Below are positions 58,801-64,000 of a stretch of DNA of 64,000 nucleotides, one piece after another; position 1 is the first letter of the stretch, and each line of letters begins with the position of its first letter. The stretch lies in assembly GCF_009914755.1 (NCBI RefSeq), contig NC_060937.1. One strand, 5' to 3'. Source of the stretch: the human T2T-CHM13v2.0 reference genome, Homo sapiens. A program made the position numbers and the translations under genes. Below the pieces are notes generated by a model, which had not been told where the DNA came from, made no database searches, and saw only the letters and a list, made by a program, of their open reading frames with translations.

Positions 58801-61387
58801 ACACACTGTGATATTAGGTGTAACCTTCGTCTAGGAGACTGCGAATACTATCACAGTGAACACACCCCTTGTGACAATAGGAGTAACATCCCCGTAGGAT
58901 ATTATAAATAATATCACAAGGTGTACACACATTGTGACTTCAGTGCTAATATCCCTCGCATATACTGTGAATAATATCACAGGGTGTACACGCCTGTGAT
59001 ATTACATTAGGAGTAACATCTCCCTAGAGTATTACGAATAATATCATAGGGGTACTCACGCCTTTGGTTTAGGAGTCATATTGCCCTAGGATATTACAAA
59101 TAATATCACAGTGTGTGCACTCACTGTGATATTAGGAGTCCCATTTTCCTAGGATATTATGAATAATATCACAGTAGGTGTTCACACATAATGTGTACAC
59201 CGTGTGTGTACACCCAATGTGATATCTGAAGTCATATGTCCCTGGGATCTTATGAATAATATCAAAGGGTGTACACCCCATGTGACATTAAAAGTAATGT
59301 CCCTTTTGGATATTCCGAATGCTATCACAGGGTGTGATATTAGGAGTGTGATATTAGGAGTAACCTCTTCCTAGGATATTACAAATAACATCACAGAGTG
59401 TACACCCCTGTGATTTTAAAAGTAACACCCCCCTAGAATATTACGAATAATATAACAGGGTGTACACCCCCTGTAACATTAGGAGTAACGTCTCCCTAGG
59501 ATATTATGAATAATGTCACTGGGGGCACACCCTCTGTGATATTAGCAGCAACATCTTTCTAGGATATTACGAATGATATCACAGGGTGTACACTCACTGT
59601 GATATTAGAAGGAATATCTCCCTAGGATATAAGCTATCATATCACAGAGTGTACACACATGGTGTACACCCACTGTGTTATTAGAAGCAATATCTCTCTA
59701 TAATATTATGAAAAATACCACAGGGTGTACCCACTGTGGGATACTAGAAGTAATGTTTACCATGGATATTACAAATAATATCACAGGGTGTACACACATG
59801 GGGTACACCCACTATGATATTAGGAGTTATATCTCTCTAAGATATTACCAATAATATCCCAGTGGGTGTACCCCATGTGTGTACACCCACTGTGGTATTT
59901 AAAGTAATATCTCTCTATAAGATTACAAATAATATCGAAGGGTGTACACCCCCTGTGACATTAGGAGTAACATCCCCCTACAATATTGAGAACAATATCA
60001 CACGGTGTAGACCCCTGTAACGTTAGGAGTAACATCCCCCCAGAATATTACTAATAATATCACAAGGTGTACACGCATTGTGACATTAGCAGTAATATCC
60101 TGCTAGCATATTTTCAATAATATCACAGAAGGAACACACCTGTGACATTAAGAGTCACATCCCCCTAGAATAGGAAGAATAATATCACAGGGTGTACACC
60201 TCCTGTGACATTAGGAGCATCATCTTGCTAGAATATTATGAATAATGTCACTGGGTGTTATCTTCTGTGACATCAGGAGTATAGACCCCTGGGAAATTAT
60301 GAATACTATCACAGGGTGTACACCCTTGTGACATTAGGAGTAACGTCTTTCTAAAATATCGCGAATAATATCACAATGTGTACACCCCGTGTCATTAAAA
60401 GTAAAATTGCCCTAGGACACTACGAAATAGAACACAGGAAGTACACCCCGTGTGACATCAGAAGTAACATCCCCCAAGGATATAACGAAGAATATCAGAG
60501 AATGTACCCGCATTGGGACATCAGCAGTAACATCTCTTCAGGATAATACGAATAATGTCAAAGGGTGTACACGTATTATGAAATGAGTAGTGAACTCCCG
60601 CTAGGATATTACGAATTTTATGACACCGGTCTACAGGACCGGTGACATTAGTAGTAACGTTTTCCTAGAATATTACGGAGAATATTAAAGGGTGTACAGG
60701 ACCTGTGATTCACGAGTAACATTTCTATAGAATATTACACGTAATATCACGGTGTGTACACCCCGGGTGACATTAGGAGTAACATCCCACAAACCTATAA
60801 TGAATAATTTCACAAGATGTACACCCTCTGTGACATTAAAAGTAACATTTCCCTAGAATATGACGATAATATCACAGAGCGTACACCCTCTTGATATGAG
60901 GACTGACATCTTATGAGGATAATACGAGTAATTTGATAAGGCGTACAAACCCTGTGACATAAGGAGTGACATCCCTCTAGGATGTTACAAATAATATCAA
61001 AGGGAATACACCCCGTGTGACCACAAAAGTAACCTCCCCTTAGGAGATTAAGAAGGTGTACAAATATTGTGACATTATTATTAATGTCCCGCTATATTAT
61101 AGTGAATAATATCACAGTGTGTAGAGTCCTGTGACATCAGCATTAACATTCCCCTACAATATTACGAATTATATCGCTGGGTGCACACCCCCCATGTGAC
61201 TTTAGTAGTGGCATGATCCTAGAATATCAAAAATAATGTCCCACGGTGATAACCAAGTGTGCCAGGAGAGAAAATATCCTAGGAGTAACTAATATCTTAT
61301 AATGTCACACGGGGTGTACTCCCTGTGTTATATTTCGTAATATCTTAGGGCAATTCTACTTTTAATGACACAGGAGGTGTGCACATG
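52880..61387 (+). repeat. ~8.5-kb SATR-family array, ~63-bp palindromic monomers (on the order of 130)
   Basis: gatattatgaataatatcacagggtgtacaccccctgtgacattaggagtaacatccccctag, plus a variant carrying an acacatggtgtac insert. Confidence 0.95.
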
Positions 61388-61389
61388 CA

Positions 61390-62610
61390 GGCAGTAATAT
61401 CACCCCCCTCTCCCCCCCGGATATTAGGAGCCACATCGCAGGGGGGCGGGCGCCCCCCGCGATGCGGGGAGTAATATCACCCCCCTCTCCCCCCCTGGAT
61501 ATTACGAGCTACGGTGGTCACACAGCCTCTTTACTTTATTGTGAGTAATATCTCCTCCGCCTCTGGAAATTACCAACCATATCTCAGAAGGGTGTACATC
61601 TTCTGCACTATTGGTAGTAATAACATCCTCTTCCCCCTGGATAGGAAGAACAAAATCACAGGAGTGTTTCTACCCCCAGCGCCATTGGGTGTAGTATCAT
61701 CCTCTCCCACTTTGAAATTAGGAACAACATCACTGGGGGCTTGTCCACCCCATGTGATATTGAAAGTAATGTCATCCTCTTCTGTCCTGGATCATGGAAA
61801 AAATATTACTGGGGTGGTGTACACTTTCTGCGGTTTTGTGAGTAATATCATCCTCTCTGACTTGCAGTCTTAAGGGCAATATCACAGGGTGGCTGTACAC
61901 ACCCTGTGCTATTAAGAAGAATATTATCCTGTCCTGCCCTGCATATTAGGAAAAATGTCACAGAGTAGGTGTACAACTCCTGCGATATGGGAGGTAATAT
62001 CATCTTTTCATCTTCTGGATAGTAGGAACAGTATCACATGGGTTTGTACACTTTCTGTGATATTGGGAGTAATATCAACATCTCCGCCTTTGACTATGAA
62101 GAACAATATCACAGAATGGATGTACACCCACTCAGATATTGGGAGTCATATCAGCCTCTCATCTCCATGGATATTGGGAATAATATCCCAGGGTGGGTGT
62201 ACACCTCCTGCTGTATGGGGAGTCATATCGTCCTCCCCCATCCTGGCAATTAGGAACAATATCACAGGGTGGGTGTCCACAGCCTGCGATATTGGGACTC
62301 ATATCACCCTCTCCCCCTCCGGATATTAGGAACAATATCACAGAAGGGTTGTATATTTCCTGCGATACTGCGAGTAATAGCATTCTCTTCTTCCGTGAAT
62401 ATTAGGAGCAATATCACCGGGTGGATGTACACCCACTGCTATATTGGGAGTAACGTCATACTCCACCCCCTGGATGTTATATTCGGATCAATATAACCGG
62501 GTGGGTGTACACCTACTGTGATATTGAAAGTAATATCATGCTCTCTCCTTTCCGTGGACATTAGGAACAGTATCACAGGTGGGTGTACACCCACTGCGGT
62601 ATTAGGAGTA
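61390..62610 (+). repeat. GC-rich units plus ~76-bp satellite; inverted paralog of 34076-35300
   Basis: Spurious ORF 61514-61873(+) mirrors 34816-35175(-); direct alignment of the two regions. Confidence 0.88.
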
Positions 62611-62995
62611 ATATTAGTATGAATTATTACACCTTGATTATTAACATGAATATGAATTACCAATATTAATATTAAGAAATAATTGCTAATAAAAAGTTTT
62701 CAGATTATTAATATTAATATTATTAGGAGCTAATATTACTGTTTTCTAATGAATAAGATCAGTATCAGTTATTAATATCAGGTGTTATTAATAATTAATA
62801 TTAATAATTTATTTTTATCATTGGTAGAACTATGTAATAGAAATTATGATTATCGGTATTGATTTAAAAATATCAGTTATTAATATTGATATTATTAATA
62901 TCAATCAATAATTGATGTTTTAATATCAATCAATAATTGATGTTATTAATATCAATCAATAATTGATGTTATTAATTGCGATAAGTAATATTGCG
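62611..62995. repeat. AT-rich block, inverted paralog of 33711-34075
   Basis: ttaatattaagaaat...aaaagttttcagattattaatatt...attgcgataagtaatattgcg; contains a ~28-bp unit repeated 3 times at ~62890-62975. Confidence 0.85.
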
Positions 62996-62999
62996 ACAT

Positions 63000-64000
63000 T
63001 CCTCACAATATCGCAGAAAATGTACACCCCTCTGTGATGTTGTTCCGAATAGTCAGGGGTAGACGATGGCATTACTCCAAATATCGCACTGGGTGTACAT
63101 TCCTTCTGTGATCTTGTTGCTAATATCCAGGCTGGGAGAGGATGGTATTAATCCCAATAATCCAGAAGGTGTAGACCTCCCCTGTGATATTGTCCCTAAT
63201 ATCCAAAGGTGGAGAGGAAGATATATCACCCAATTTCGCAGGGGTTGGACACCACCCCTGTGATATTGTTTCTAATGTCCACGGGTAGAGAAAATGACAT
63301 AACTCACAGTATGGCAGGGGGTGAACACTCCCTCCATGATATTGTTCCTAATACTCGGGGGTAAGAGTATGATATTACTCCCAATATCATAGGGGGTGTA
63401 CTCCCAATATCCCAGGGGGTGTATAGTATCCCGACCGGTGATAGACTCCGCCACGATGCGGGGAGTAATATCACGCCCCTCTCCTTCCCTGGCTATTACG
63501 ATACACATCGCAGGGGGGCGGGCGACGCTCGCGACGCGGGGAGAAATATCAGCCCCTCCTGACATTACAAGCCACATGGCAGGGGATGGACACCCCCAGT
63601 GATGCGGGGAGTAATATCTACCCCCCCTTCCCCATGGATATTAGGAGCCACATCGAAGGCGTGTGGACAGCCCCCGCTGATGCGCAGAGTAATATCAACC
63701 TCCGTCCCTCCCTGCATGTTAGCAGCCACTGTGGACACACAGTGTATTTACGATATTTCCAGTAAGATTATCTTTTCTATTGAACCTTATGAACAAGATC
63801 ACAGGGGGGTGTACACATCCTGCGATATTGGGGGTAATATCATTCTCTCCTCCACAGCATACTGGGAACAATATCACAGGGGCGTGTATTCCCCCTTTCT
63901 TATTGGGAGTCATATCATACTTGCCTTCCATATATTAAGAACAATATCAAAGGGGGGGGTGGACACTTTGACGATATTGGGAGTAACATCATTCTCTCTA
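63000..64000. repeat. ~76-bp satellite with an orientation switch at ~63430-63450 and GC-rich units; runs off the window
   Basis: gatattactcccaatatc units up to ~63420, then ggggagtaatatcac units. Confidence 0.85.

Noticed and set aside
52880-61387. CRISPR-like array (regularly spaced palindromic repeats)
   Set aside because: The sequences between palindromes are themselves homologous rather than unique spacers, there are no cas genes, and the context is primate; it is a tandem satellite

Overview
Primate (human/ape-like) genomic DNA with no intact canonical protein-coding gene; almost all ORFs in the track are artefacts of Alu, L1, LTR or satellite sequence. Bases ~1-29.9 kb are ordinary repeat-rich DNA: L1PA/L1M, Alus, THE1/MST/MLT LTRs, a partial LTR10, a solo LTR7 and MER5A, plus a 67-bp-arm hairpin and a 2.2-kb almost pure A/T tract. 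At ~29,907 the sequence switches abruptly into an OR7E-type segmental-duplication block. It holds an LTR-less HERV-E gag-pro-pol fragment embedded in SATR1/SATR2-like satellite, three OR7E olfactory-receptor pseudogenes and ~20 kb of palindromic-monomer satellite, all arranged as a large imperfect inverted duplication (~33.7-41.5 kb versus ~51.7-63.0 kb). The most notable observations are: (i) every satellite monomer is a hairpin, and the orientation switches and templated micro-inversions tend to fall at these hairpins; (ii) a ~750-bp tract with no substitutions between the two inverted OR7E pseudogenes, within 94-96% identical flanks, which looks like gene conversion; (iii) a third OR7E that keeps a 295-codon frame open through compensating +1/-1 indels. 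I did not find a convincing wholly new biological system. Repeat subfamily names are from memory of consensus sequences, and identities and boundaries were estimated by eye.
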